Source of the DNA: Macrostomum hystrix
Lineage: Eukaryota; Animalia; Platyhelminthes
DNA: 64,000 bases
Direction: 5' to 3'
NCBI GenBank assembly: GCA_950097015.1
Contig: CATNEN010000039.1
Location: 14,508,001-14,572,000, forward strand
How positions within the stretch are numbered: the first letter of the stretch is position 1; each line of letters starts with the position of its first letter. The notes beneath the pieces were generated by a model that saw nothing but the letters and a program-made list of their open reading frames with translations, ran no database searches and had not been told where the DNA came from. This document shows positions 1 to 13,600 of the stretch, piece by piece. Made by a program: the position numbers and the translations under genes.

Positions 1-210
1 CTCAATCTCAACAGTCTACTCTCCCTCAATCTCAACAGTCTACTCTCCCTCAATCTCAACAGTCTACTCTCCTTCAGTCTCAACAGTCTACTCTCCTTCA
101 GTCTCAACAGTCTACTCTCCCTCAATCTCAACAGTCTACTCTCCTTCAATCTCAACAGTCTACTCTCCCTCAATCTCAACAGTCTACTCTCCTTCAGTCT
201 CAACAGTCTA
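1..210. repeat. 24-bp minisatellite (CTCAATCTCAACAGTCTACTCTCC), truncated by the window edge
   Basis: About 8.5 tandem copies visible; lies in the intron upstream of the kinase exon at 371. Confidence 0.95.
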
Positions 211-370
211 ATATTTGCTGACTATTCTTTTCTAATCTCCAGTGTCAAATCTCCCCACACTCACTGTCAAGTTTCAGTTTCCTACTTCACCACTCTCTGA
301 ACATTTTCACCTATTTCTTATTTGATGTGAAACCATGGTAACAAAAGGCTCCCTCCTTGATCCATCCTAG

Positions 371-696
371 TCCTGCTTCAAGATGGACCCTGTGCAGCGG
401 TCTACCTGCGAGGATCTGAAGCGATCTGACTACTTTGATAGGCCTATGTTTGAGGAGACTGGAGGCAGGAGGTCCAATGCGGCGCAGGGCGGCCGGCATC
501 GAGCTCAGGTGAGAAAACCCGTCAACCAATCACCCTAGAACTCCATCAGTCCAGAACTTCAATCATCACTGAATTCCCCGCTTATTCGCCCCAGTTGCCG
601 CAGCTACAGTCGAATCACCCGTTTGGCGCAACTGGCGGCGACGGAAAGCAGGCAAAGCAAATGAAAAACAGCCACCTGCCTAGCATTCTACACTAG
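371..696 (+). CDS. CDKL1: CDKL1/CDKL4-like protein kinase, last two exons (partial gene)
   Basis: Exon 371-508 (tcctag|...cag|gtgaga) reads SCFKMDPVQRSTCEDLKRSDYFD, matching kinase subdomain XI of CDKL1/4 (GCLxMDPxxRLTCEQLLxHPYF). Exon 595-696 (ccccag|) reads LPQLQ...SHLPSILH*, resembling the CDKL LPQL and C-terminal xLPxI motifs. An alternative in-frame acceptor at 549 is possible. Confidence 0.75.
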
Positions 697-970
697 AGCC
701 AAGGACTCGAGCAGTTCTTACCAGAATGCTTGAACTGGAACTAAAATTATCACTGAGGCAATCTTCGGTTTAAAAAATGCTTTTCTTTAATTATTCTGTA
801 TTCGATTTTTTGTAAAATAGCAATTATAATTGCAGCTAATTTGGCATGTCAGATATGGAAACAGTAAATTGGAATATATATTAAAGATGTTCGATTCTGT
901 ATGACATTGGAAGAGCGCTGACGAGAAAAATGATGCACTGTACTACCCCTTTCTCCACAATTCATTAACG

Positions 971-1372
971 ATGCCATTCCCCCACCACCCCAGTCCCCTC
1001 CACCGCATTACCCCACCACCCCATTCCTCCACCACCCCATTCCTCCTCTACCCCATTCCTCCACTACCCCATTCCTCCTCTACCCCATTCCTCCACTACC
1101 CCATTCCCCCACTACCCCGTTCCTCCACCACCCTATACCCCACCACCCCATACCCCACCACCCCATTCCGCCACCACCCCATTCCCCCACCACCCCATTC
1201 ACCTACCACCCCATTCCGCCACCACCCCATTCCCCCACCACCCCATTCCTCCACCACCCCATTCCGCCACCACCCCATTCCCCCACCACCCCATTCACCT
1301 ACCACCCCATTCCCCCCACCACCCCATTCCCCCAACACCCCATTCCCCCACCACCCCATTCCGCCACCACCC
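971..1372. repeat. C-rich low-complexity repeat (CCACCACCCCATTC variants)
   Basis: Degenerate tandem units; G-run-rich on the minus strand. Confidence 0.9.
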
Positions 1373-2430
1373 TACGTGTCGCAGCGAGGCATGAAAAAAT
1401 ATTTCTTACATAGTGTTTTAGTGCATTTTGGTGCCTACAATAGATAATTAACTTATCAATTTTCGACAAGAACTAATTGCTTACTTGCTTATCAATTCCT
1501 TATAAGATCAGACAGATGATGCTCTAATTATATTTGAATTACCAGCATCCATCTTCATTGTAAAGTTATCTTCGCTGCAATATTTTCACTAAAAATCTGA
1601 CAATCTATTTATTTGTTTGACGATAATTTAATTTTTATCAAAAAGAACTCTGTTAATTAGCATAATAATTAGGATTTTTGTTTTGCAGATTCGCTTTACT
1701 ATTTTTAGAAGCAGTTATTTTCTCAGGGAGTGAAATATCCTCACTAGCCGGAACTGTTGCAAAAATTATTTCACAGCTGAAAGAACAGGCAACTGTTCCA
1801 TATTTTCTACTTCTAGTAGTGTGCAATCGGTGTGCAGGAATGCAAAAACTATAACGCCTAGATTGTTTTGTTAAAACGCGACGGACAAAACACACGTGTT
1901 TTTCGTGTGTCATAATGATCTCTAAATAAATTTTAAAACCAATGGCAAACGTTAAATTCATTTTAAATGACTTGATGAAGTATAATTATACCAAATTTAA
2001 GATTTGGTTGAGAACAACAAAAATACACTTTTACATGAAAGATGCAGAAGAAAGTTTTCTGAGATACGCATTGTTTTATGCGGAACTTTTGCGAGAAGTC
2101 ATTACAGCACATTATCAATTTGTACATCACATCACATACATCACACTAAGGCGGAAGGCCTTTTGTTTACGAAGTTGGAGTGGCAGCGAAGTTAGTGTGC
2201 TGCATGGCACGTATATTTATATTTACAGCAAACGCGAGAGCGAGATAGAGGGGCCTAGGGAGGTGCGAAATGGTGGCGTGACTTCTCACACCCGGCTTAG
2301 CGAGCCGGCTGGCTGGGTGCACCAACCCCCACCTCAACTAGACTGAGGTTGAGGGGTTTGGGTGCGGCTGCACTGTTGCTGGCCGGTCGCGTGTTGACTG
2401 TCCGCCACAACACACACAGTAAGATTTGTA

Positions 2431-3543
2431 CATCACTCTCACACACACCAGCTCACTCTCACACACACCAGCTCACTCTCACACACACTAGCTCACTTTC
2501 ACACACACCAGCTCACTCACACACACACCAGCTCACACTCACACACACCAGCTCACTCTCACACACACCAGCTCACACTCACACACACCAGCTCACTCTC
2601 ACACTCACCAGCTCACTCTCACACACACCAGCTCACTCTCACACACACCAGCTCACTCTCACACACACTAGCTCACTTTCACACACACCAGCTCACTCTC
2701 ACACACACCAGCTCACACTCACACACACCAGCTCACTCTCACACACACCAGCTCACACTCACACACACCAGCTCACTCTCACACTCACCAGCTCACTCTC
2801 ACACACACCAGCTCACTCTCACACACACCAGCTCACTCTCACACACACTAGCTCACTTTCACACACACCAGCTCACTCTCACACACACCAGCTCACACTC
2901 ACACACACCAGCTCACTCTCACACACACCAGCTCACACTCACACACACCAGCTCACTCTCACACTCACCAGCTCACTCTCACACACACCAGCTCACTCTC
3001 ACACACACCAGCTCACTCTCACACACACCAGCTCCCTCTCACACACACTAGCTCACTTTCACACTCACCAGCTCACTCTCACACACACCAGCTCACTCTC
3101 ACACTCACCAGCTCACTCACACACACACCAGCTCACTCTCACACACATCAGCTCACTCTCACACACACCAGCTCACTCTCACACACACTAGCTCACTCAC
3201 ACACACACTAGCTCACTTTCACACACACCAGCTCACTCTCACACACACCAGCTCACTCTCACACACACTAGCTCACTCTCACACACACCAGCTCACTCTC
3301 ACACACACCAGCTCACTCTCACACACACCAGCTCACTCTCACACTCACCAGCTCACTCTCACACACACCAGCTCACTCTCACACTCACCAGCTCACTCTC
3401 ACACACACCAGCTCACTCTCACACACACCAGCTCACTCTCACACACACCAGCTCACTCTCACACACACCAGCTCACTCTCACACACACCAGCTCACTCTC
3501 ACACACACCAGCTCACTCTCACACACACTAGCTCACTCACACA
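2431..3543. repeat. 20-bp minisatellite (ACACACACCAGCTCACTCTC) with a 180-bp higher-order period
   Basis: About 55 units; the variant pattern recurs at 2461, 2641 and 2821. Confidence 0.97.
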
Positions 3544-4189
3544 GAAAATGCAGTTTGTTTCTTTTTCAATATTTTTGCAAATATTTTGAGTACTGCACTA
3601 AGACGTTTCAGTCGTCTTGTAGGACTCACAAACATTAATCTCGGGTTTTTTCTTTATTTTAGCTCACAGGTGTGGACGGTACAAGTCTGCAAATAAAATC
3701 ACCGGCAGTGTATAACAGCAGTGGCGCTTGACGGAAATAACTAAACAACTCGACATCCTTCATCTGACCCCATCATTTCTGTGGGCCCAGCACCTCAACG
3801 CCTCGTCAATCCATAGCGGAAGTGATGAAGCTATATAAGTCAAGCATTCATCCCCGTAGGAAAACAACTTGGTGAAAAAGCTGCATGTAGAAATCCTCAG
3901 ACAGTGTCACCTCTGCATATAAGAAATCCCATTCGATGACGCCTGTGAGATAGAGAGGCCCCTTAATCCCAGTCTTAATCCGTCCGTGTGCTGGCCTTTT
4001 TGTAACTTAAGTCTGAAGGGTAATACAAAACGGATTATAACTGGAAGGTATAAACAGTTTTTGCTAGGTCATATAACAGTAGAAGGGGGTCATTTGAAAT
4101 AGCCACGTTTTTTCCACGTTCTTTCTACTGTTAAAGCAACGTGCATTGTTGTGTGTTGTGGAAATTTGCAACTCGCAATTTGAAGCCTA

Positions 4190-4450
4190 TCAGTGTTTAG
4201 CGCGTCGGACTCACGACTTGAGGGTCGGGGGTTCGATTCCCGACTCCACTAGAATGATTTTTACCGTTAGCAAAACACTTACTTTGCATTGCTTCAATTC
4301 ACGCAGCTGTTTAATGGTTCCAGCATTAGCTGGGGTAATTAAGGATGCGTGTGGCTTCCTCCCAGTCCATGGACTGAACAGCCGTACGCAGCCTTCAGAT
4401 GCGCCGCGCAATAGCTGCTATTATGTACTTATTGAGGGGGCCGTAATCAT
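4190..4450 (+). mobile_element. tRNA-derived SINE family A (CORE-like central domain)
   Basis: B box GGTTCGATTCC, then AAAACACTTACTTTGCATTGCTTCAATTCACGCAGCTGT and GTCCATGGACTGAACAGCCGTAC; homologous copies at 10600-10820(-), 13940-14100 and 51024-51245. Confidence 0.8.
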
Positions 4451-6596
4451 TTATTAGTACTTATTATTATAGGAACTTGCTGCACAATATGTTCTCGTAG
4501 GGAACTCTCTGTCTGGCAGTTCGCAATGTTTCGCAAGCTAACTTAGTCCTGTTCCAACTAAACCCAAGAGGTCATGGGTTCGTATCACAGTCCAAGCACT
4601 TGCTCTTAGTGTTTCAGTTCACCCAGCTGTCAACAATGAAATCAGAAGCTCTAGCCACCAGGCTACTGGCTCTGGAAATCTCTCAAGTTTTCCCTCAATC
4701 ACAGATGCTCTCATTTGTCTAAAGCCGGATAATTTCTAAGCGACGGACTAGAATGTAGCTTAAGCATGACACACTTGCCAATAGATTATGAAATCCCGTG
4801 CAGAATGAGAATAGGACTGGGTGAGGTGGGTTGCAGGTGGGACTAAGGTTAGAGACACTCTAGTGCTTAAAAACAACAGCTGAAATATAAGCCCTATCAG
4901 ACTGGCTCTCCTACTCAGAAAGATACAGTCTTAGATTGTCAGGCATTGGGCAGAGCTGCGTGAGGCTTCTGCCAACCCTCTTCATTCCCAGATTTCAGCC
5001 ATAATCCCAAACCTACCCGTTTCTCCTCAAACGAACTCCGCTGAAGCAGAGGCAACGGGCGAGCTTGTCAGATGCTAAATATTTTCCGAAGCAAGCACAA
5101 ATATTTTTTGTAAACACCTGCTCAGTTTAAAGGTAATCTAATTAAATTAATAAGCTGAAATTAAATGCAGCAGCCAGCGTTGCCGCCCTTTGAAGTGGGC
5201 AGTCTCAGCGGTCAGTGGAACAGCAGTCTGGCCCAAGGACCGGGGGCATCGGCGGACCCTTTAGAGATTCTGGTTCGGTCTGGCTCGCTGCGCACCGAAG
5301 GTCGCAAGGTAAGATGCTGAGCTAGGTGAGTGTAATTATTTTAAGGTTTCAATTATTTGTCCTAATTCTGACACGGCTTAGAAGATTTTTAGAGAATGTC
5401 TTCTAGAAGAGGCAGTCATTCTAGATGGCCGTTTTAATTAGTATCTCAGGTGCAAATAAGTAGTCAGCATTTCGAAGCTTAATTCTAAACTATTTCGTAA
5501 TTTGGCGCCTCAATTTAATTAGCTGTCAACCGCAGCTTCAAAATTCTGATTTCAATTAATTGCCAAAATTCTCAATTCAGTTTAGAAATCTATGCATGCT
5601 AAAGTCTGATGTCATTTAGAGTAAAACCATGGGACAGGTGTGCAAAGTTTTGTAGGAAAAAAAGATTGAAACTCGCAGTTGAAGTGTAGTAAAAAAAACT
5701 TAGGCCGCACGATCGTCTGTGCGTGACTGTATTACTGATTTGCGGAGCACATCCCTAAGTGTACTTTAAGCTTTCCCTGATGAGGCCAGTGTAAGGCTTC
5801 TAAGGGTGAGCTAAAAAGCGGGGCCAAGGTGTGAGCGCCTTAAATCTTACCTCTTACCTCCCGCGAAATTGGCTCGCTCTTTGCTTCCAGATGCTTCTAG
5901 GGGTAAGGAGACTTCTACTTTCCTTCTACGCTCGTATTTTATCTTAGGGTCTGAAGCACGTCTTAAAGAGTGTGAGGTTGATGGATTTTGGATAGACTGA
6001 TAAAAATTCACTTAGGCCAGAAGACTCGATAGTAAATTTATACTTTTCTCGTCCATCAGGGACTCACAGGGAGGGTCTCAGTTTTCTCCCGTGTGGTTAA
6101 TAAACGAACATTTCAGCATCTGCTATCACGTATCCACCTCAAATTTAGTATAATAGACTAGCAAATAATGCCCCTCTTTGGAAGAAAACGAAAAAAAATA
6201 TTAATTGGCATGAAATTATTCTCCGACAATCGCACATACAAGCGTCGTTTGTAGAAAAAATTACTGTTTAATAAAAAATCGGCGAAATCAATGTCTGTGC
6301 ATCATATTTTTCCTTTGCTTACTATTAAGCTTCTTTGCAACTTAGCGAGTCTTAGCTTAGCTTAAGTTTCTTAACATACTTAAGACAACCTCATCTTCTT
6401 GAAAAATCTCTAAAATTACTTTGTAACTGCTTAGTCAATCTGAGTAGTCATTAATATATCGCGCATTCAGAAAAAATCTCTTAAAGTTGGTTGAGCATGA
6501 ATTGCCAAAGCTAAAAAGATTCTATGAAAATTATTTTTCTAATAATTTTTGCGGGAGGGGCTGTGGGCTCTGGTTAGTTAGTTATCTAGTCGACCT

Positions 6597-6990
6597 GCAG
6601 CCAGCGAGGGCAATTCGGCTCATTCCGCTGACACCTGAGCACACACGCATACAGATACTTGTACGCAGGCACACACAGTTGTGCACATCTGTCTTCGACT
6701 TCTTGAGAGTACTTGCGACGTCGGCGCGGAGCTGGTTGAGGGCGACGAGCTCAGCCCTGGAGCGGTGAGCCCCAGGATGCGTTCGTCAGGGGCGCGGTGA
6801 TCTCTGCGAATTGTTGCGCGGGTTGATGTGATGCTTCTGGAAACCCGTCTTCTAGATTTAGTCATGCGGCAGTCCTGGCATCCGCGACGTCGTTGCCCAG
6901 GACCTGGGACCCAGGTGAAGAAAATATTTGCGTCGATCTCGAAGATCAACCGTGCCCTGTTCGAGGATGCTCAAAACTAGTGCCCGTTCT
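6597..6990 (-). pseudogene. Degenerate non-LTR retrotransposon fragment (RNase H C-terminus and downstream region)
   Basis: Minus strand reads IFFTWVPG, then after a frameshift LGNDVADA (LINE RNase H motif WVPGHxGxxGNExAD), then SRAELVALNQLRA (resembles the post-RNH RxExxxLxxLRTGH motif). Confidence 0.6.
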
Positions 6991-7638
6991 GCAAACCACA
7001 CACTTAACTATTTGTTTTCTTCTAGCTCATGAAAGTGATGATGCCCAGCTTCCCAGAGTAAAGCTTCAAATCTACAGAAACACAACGGGCTCTGACGATC
7101 ACGCTCTATTGTTCAACACACGCTTTTCCTGACCCTGTCAAACTCGCTGACAGCTTCCTACTGCGGACAGTTTTTCTCCAGGAAAAACTTTTCAGTTCTG
7201 AGGGACTCAAAAAGCCAGAGGCCAAGCCAAAATGAGTACTGGGCGCACAGAAAACAGGCAAGAACAGCCTGCCCCGATGGCAAGCAATGGAAGTTGATTT
7301 TTTAAAACTGCGCTGGTTGAGGGATTTGAGCGAATCGGTTAGATTTGGGCTCAGAGCTGAGCTAGGGGCCTGAGCCCATTCCCTCATTTGAGTCTATGCT
7401 CAGCCTCACTGACTTACGATAGGCTGAGAGAGACAGAGAGACAGGGAAACAGAATCTAACACTGCAGTGCCGGATCTCTCTCGTAAAGGCATTACGAGCC
7501 ATGACGACTGTTGAGTGCCGGCTTCAATGCTTTTCAATTTGGCACTCTATCAGCGGGCAGCATTTTTTAGATTAGGAATCGATAGCTTAAATTAACTGAG
7601 AACGGAGCCATTTCGGAAAATCTTCCGTTCGAAAGTGA

Positions 7639-10600
7639 ATGGCCAGGGCCGCGAAATTGCAGACAATGCGGGCTTTGCACGACTCGATTCGGCGGTACGA
7701 GAGCTCAAACGCTTCCCGACGACGCAGCTCAGTAGCCCTGCGGCCGGAGCCGCTGACGCCATCGACGTTGCGTCGAGCTGCGGCAGCGAATGCAGCGGCG
7801 GAAGCGGAGGCCGCTGATGCGTCAGGGGGCTCGGATGCCGAGGATGCATCCGGTGGCATCGGCGCGAGGCTCAGCGCCAGACTGAGCAATGCATGGCGAG
7901 TCTGTCTGGAGCGCGCGACTGCGACGGCGACCACGGCTAGAAATCCGCTGCCGGAGGAGCCGACCTGCTGGCAGCAGGCCAAGTTCAGCTGCCGCTGCCC
8001 GCCGCACGGCTATGTGGCCCGCTGGGTCACCGGCCTGGTGTCTATCTTTGTGCTCTACGGCACTTTGATCGTTCTGGTTGGCGACAACGCCCTGCCCCGG
8101 ACCTGCCAGTCCGAGAGTTCTGTTGAAGTCGTTGCCACCACAGCGACAACACCGACAAACTTTAGCACTGCTACATTTAGTCGAAACGAATCTAGTAATT
8201 CCTCGGCGGGAATATCTGCTGAAGGGGCCTGTCACGGCGGTAACTTCTTTGGCCTGTTTGTCCTATTTGTCTGCTCAATGGTTGCCAGCTCCTGGTCCAA
8301 GAAGCTCAACCTGCCACCGCTATTAGGCATGCTAATCGTCGGCTGCGTCCTTGGCAACGCGCCAGTAATTAACGTCGCCAGGCACATTCGCAAGGAGTAC
8401 TTTAACAAGCTGCGGGAACTGGCCCTGTGCGTCATCCTGCTCCGTGCCGGCCTCAGCCTGGATCCCGGCGTCCTGCGGCGCCTGTCAGCCGCCGTGTTTC
8501 GCCTCTCCTTCTTGCCCTGCCTGGTGGAGAGCTTCGCCTGCGCGGCAGCAGCTCGACTGATCCTTGGCTTCCCCTGGGAGTGGGGATTCATGCTCGGTGA
8601 GCAGAGGACCTTCAATCAGGGTTTTCTTGTATGAAAATAAACCAGATTGGTCAAGTGCCCAATTTCACCACCCCATCTCACAGGCTTCGTCCTCGGCGCA
8701 GTGTCGCCAGCCGTAGTTGTCCTCGGCATGCTGAAATTGGAATACCGCGGCTACGGCGTTGAGAAGGGAATCCCGACGCTCATCATCGCCGCTTCATCAA
8801 TGGACGACGTCCTGGCCATCACTGGGTTCAGCTTGGCCTTGGGCATCGCAGCTGACGGCCGTGGCGGCGGAGTCGGAAACAGCGGCATCGCTAGGGCGAT
8901 TTTTCGAGGCCCTCGCGACGCACTGATAGGCATCGCCTACGGGGCGGCGATGGGAGCGCTGCTCTGGTACATACCCCACCGGCAGCACAAGAGGCCCATC
9001 ATGTTCCGCTTCATCTTTCTGGTCGGTGCTGGAATTGTGGCCCTGCTTGGCTGCGAGCTCGTGCACCTGAAAGGCGCAGGTGAGACACCCGAATCGTTAA
9101 CTATTTTCTTCCAGGGGAGATACCACCGGGCTATTTCAAGTACCCACTGCCTACTTCACGATCCCAAACCGAATGACCGATTTTCGCGAACGATAAACAG
9201 ACTTTCAAAGCCGTCCGACGTCAGCATCGTCGAGATATTCAGCGATTCTTGTCGAAGACTCTGATGACAAGGACAAGTAACGTTGCTCTGCGTAAGCCTT
9301 GATGGCGAGGGGCGAGTGGGTCAGCGGCTAACGTCGCTGCTTCGCACTCCAAAGGACGCTAGTTCGATTCACCCTTCAAGTCACGATTAATTTCGGGACT
9401 TGTTGGGGGGTTTGGACAGTAGCGACCGGCGGAGGTGCACCATATTTCGTGCAATCAAAGCTTGAAATAATAGCTTCGCTCCTACCTTCTGTGTGCCTGT
9501 TCTGCGTTGTGTGAGTTGTGTGCGTTGGCGCTGGGGCGTGAGACCTTGCGGGGGGTGGCTGGAGGGCGGGTGTACACCGCCGCGCGCTTTCTGGACTTCC
9601 GTCAGCGCGATTGGATAAGTGTACACTCATCACCCGGCCCCCCCTGAGGACTGATTTCTTATCAGCCTTCCGCCCCCGGCTTGGTCTGTTATGTGCGTGT
9701 GGGGCTGGGGTGGGCACTGCTGCCTATTCTGGGTGCCTCCTGCCCTCCCCGGCTGGTCTGTGCTGCTGTGTGTGGTGCCTGCTCAGGGGAGGCGGCGCGA
9801 TGGGCGCAAAAGCGCCTAGTTCGCCGGTCTGGGGGCGTGCCGCTCCGTCGCTTGTGCGACAAGTGCCCCGGGCCCCCTGCAAATAGATAGAGAAAGCCTT
9901 GATGGCGAATCCATATTGGTTAAAAAAATGAAAAACGACAATTCAATCAATACAATAGAGTCAACAATATTGTTTATACGAGCTTATAATAGCCGACATG
10001 GTTTCATTATGACATTTTTTGAGCAGAAAATGTATGCCTATATTAGTGGTTTCTGCCAAAGACACCCCGACGAGAATCTTAGAAAAACTCGACGATGTTG
10101 ACATTTTGTGATTCTGGAAGTTTTTTCATCGGATGAAGCGGAAAATTTTATTCGCATGTTCCGTAATTTCATGGCGAATGCTTGAATATTTTGGGAAACA
10201 GAAGAAGATAAATATGGGAATTTGAAATACCCCTCTGTCTACCGTAAATGGATATTTAGATTCGTTTTTTTTGCATTGAAGAAGAACAAGTCTGCATTAA
10301 GCAGTTTTTCTACCGCTGCTATTTGTCAAGGCAGACAAAGCAGTTGGCTTAATTCCATGCTTTATATTTGTTGACAATGAATTTCAGAAGCATTGGGCAT
10401 TTATCCCTGGGGATTGTTAGTTATAAACCATCCGGCTACTATTCAGAATCGATAAACAATGTTCGCTTTTAGTTCAAAATTCGAAAAAACAAAGCAGAAG
10501 ATCTCTAAAAAATTCTGGAACGCCTACCTGCGTGCACGGGGACATCACGCGTCTAATGCGTGATCAGCAAGCCTGTATAGTGTACAATAACAATTTATAT

Positions 10601-13600
10601 TAGTAATAATTATTAATTACACCTGCCCCAATCGGGCCAGATGTGCAGCCGACAGCACAGTCGTAGCCACGGCGCATCTGAAGACTGCGTACTGAACTGA
10701 AGCAATGCAGAGTAAAGTGTCTTACTAAAGAATACGAATGGTCCCAGTGAAGTCTGGAATCGAACCCCCGACCTCTAAGGCATGAGTCCGACGTTCTAAA
10801 CACTAGGCTACAACCCCCTCTCATATATACTAGTAGTATATATACTTCAGAAATCGTACAGGTAGTTTGCTTACCGGCCAATAAATATGCAATGTTATCG
10901 TTCACATTTTATCGGAACATCTACTGTAACCTGGGATTTTATCCTATCGAACCCTTTTAAAATATCGGTTAGGCGAGAAAATCCTTCGGATTAGCCAGCA
11001 AATCACGGCCTAATCGGGTTTGAAATGCAATTTTCCTCCCGGGGAGTTGCGTCTGCCAAGAAAATCTACAGATAATTTGCACGAAATGTGCGACAGATTC
11101 TGCTATTGATTGACGGGCTCTTTCACATTCAAGAGAACTCTGAAAGACGATTTGCAGTTACTAAAAAGAGAGAAAACTAATTTACAATGTGCCAGTTCCA
11201 TCCGTGTAGGCGACAAGAGCCAAAATCGAAAGAAACCGACCTTTTACTTGTTCTTAAAATTGTCCGCGTTGTCTATAGCTTTTGTGTAAGCTAGTGTCAC
11301 GCGCTTGACTTCTCTAGCTAGCATTCTATTGGCTGCTGAATGCCATAGACAAACATTGCTTACCCCCCGAATTGTTCAAAGTGAAATCATTGGGTACTTT
11401 CCAGGCACTGGAAAGTATATTCGATTATTATATTTCCTCCATGCTTCCACAGCAAAGCTTCTATTGAATAATAGTGCTGTATCGTACGTAGATCCTCTGA
11501 AGTCGTCGAAATTCAATAAAAGCGGAGCTCTTCCCTTAGCTGGAAAGAATTAGCGGGCGGCTGGGACTCGCGGCTAATTTGGTTCGTTCTCATCTCTCAG
11601 CCAAGAAGACTTAGTAACGAAATCCGATTCGTTATCGTCTTTAATAACTAGCTAATTTCTACCCACGAAAGCGAAGAATGCTCGAACTTTCAGCTAGAAG
11701 CTAGACTTTCAGAGAATAAATGAGAAAATATAGCTAGGGCCTCGTTTGGTCTGCAATGGTAGGCCTGAACAGCAGAAGCATCACAAACTAGCAATTCAAA
11801 ATCCATTGAATCCATCAAAATCTCAACAACTACAAAACTAATTTCTTAAATAAGGGGATGCACTTATTCGATTGCTTTTTAGTGACATGGCTGGTACAAA
11901 ACCTTGATTTCCTCAACTAATTCAAACCTGTTCCCTGTTTTATCTCCATTTTCTCTCATCTCTCTTTTGCGTCTCATCTATACCCTGTCCCATATTTTTT
12001 GTGGCTCATCTCTCCCTTGTCTCATGCCTCCGCTGTCTCATCTCCCGTGACTCATCTCTCCACTGCCACTTATCTCTCCGGCCTAATCTCTCTTTTATAA
12101 TTATCTCTTCCCTGATTTATCTCTCCCCTGTCTCATCTCTCCCCTGTCTCATCTCTCCCCTGTCTCATCTCTCCCCTGTCTCATGTCTCCCCTGTCTCAT
12201 GTCTCTCCTGAGTCTCATCTCTCCTGAGTCTCCTCACCCCATCTGAAACCGCCGCAGGCGCCATGGCGGTCCTAACCCTAGCCTTGATCTCCGGCTACGG
12301 CTGGCGCCGCTGGGACGGCTGGCGGGACGAGAACAACCCGATGCTGGCTCCGCTGGACACTCTCTGGTGGTTCATGCAGCCGCTGCTGTTTGGCCTTATT
12401 GGCGGCCAAATCAACTTCGAGACGATCGAGGCGGGCCAGCTGGCTCTCGGCCTGGGCGTTGTCGGTATCGGCCTGGTGCTGCGAATGGCCACTAGTTTAT
12501 TTTGCGTGTTGGGCACCAACCTCAGCCTACGGGAGCGGCTGTTTGTGCCCTTCTCCTGGCTACCGAAGGCTACTGTGCAGGTAGCGATTCTCACGCTAGA
12601 CACCTTTGTAAATGCAGAAAGAAACGAGTTTCTCAATCTGCGTTTAGCTGCAGTCACCTTTTAGACGGTGGTTTAACCTGCTAGACAGTAGTGTAGCCTG
12701 TTAGACATTAGCGTGACCTGTTAGACAGTAGTGTAGCCATGTTAGACAGTAGTGTAGCCTGTTAGACATTAGCGTGACCTGTTAGACATTAGCGTGACCT
12801 GTTAGACAGTAGTGTAGCCATGTTAGACAGTAGTGTAGCCATGTTAGACAGTAGTGTAGCCTGTTAGACATTAGCGTGACCTGTTAGACATTAGCGTGAC
12901 CTGCTAGACAGTAGTGTAGCCTGTTAGACAGCGTTTCATCTTGTTAGATTGCGGTTTAAGCTGTTAGACGGTGATATAACTTGTTAGACTTTGGTGTAAC
13001 TTGTTAGACGTTGGTGTAACTTATTAGACGTTGGTGTAACTTGTTAGACGTTGGTGTAACTTGTTAGACGTTTGTGTAACTTGTTAGACGTTGGTGTAAC
13101 TTATTAGACGTTGGTGTAACTTGTTAGACGTTGGTGTAACTTGTTAGACGTTGGTGTAACTTGTTAGACGTTGGTGTAACTTGTTAGACGTTGGTGTAAC
13201 TTGTTAGACGACGCCTGTTTGGCGGCAGTGCAACCAATTTGACAAGAACAAGCGTTTGCCTATTACGATTGGGAGTTCTCACTGCAAAAAGGAAATCCTT
13301 CCCACTAGGCTGCGATCGGGCCGGTCGCTCTGGACATGGCTCTTTCAAAGCAGCCCCGCAGCGAACAGGAGATCGCCTGGGCCCGCCAAATCCTCACCAT
13401 CGCCGCCCTGGTGATTCTCCTGACCGCGCCGATCGGCGCCTTCCTCATCGCCTTCCTGGGCCCCCGGATGCTGCAGCGTGACCGCAACTGGGAGCAGCAC
13501 CACTTTGAGCTGTCCGCCAAGCAGCACAGCGGACAGCACACGCGAGCGCGCACCACCGGAGCCGCAGCCGCCGCTGTGGCCGCCGTTGCCGTGGCAACCG

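Noticed and set aside
311-529. 72-aa minus-strand ORF
   Set aside because: It is the antisense shadow of the CDKL kinase exon on the plus strand.
1373-2214. AT-rich block with weak inverted ends (TACGTGTCGCAGC / GCTGCATGGCACGTA) and ORF 1942-2346
   Set aside because: The inverted match is short and gapped, there is no clear TSD, and the ORF has no recognisable motif.
4190-4250. tRNA genes at GGTTCGATTCC sites (also near 10760, 37300 and 51060)
   Set aside because: No complete cloverleaf was found, and most continue into a shared SINE body.
5777-5805. Hammerhead ribozyme core CTGATGAG-GCC...GGC
   Set aside because: The required GAAA after stem II is missing. A similar degenerate match at about 3600-3630(-) lacks CUGA.
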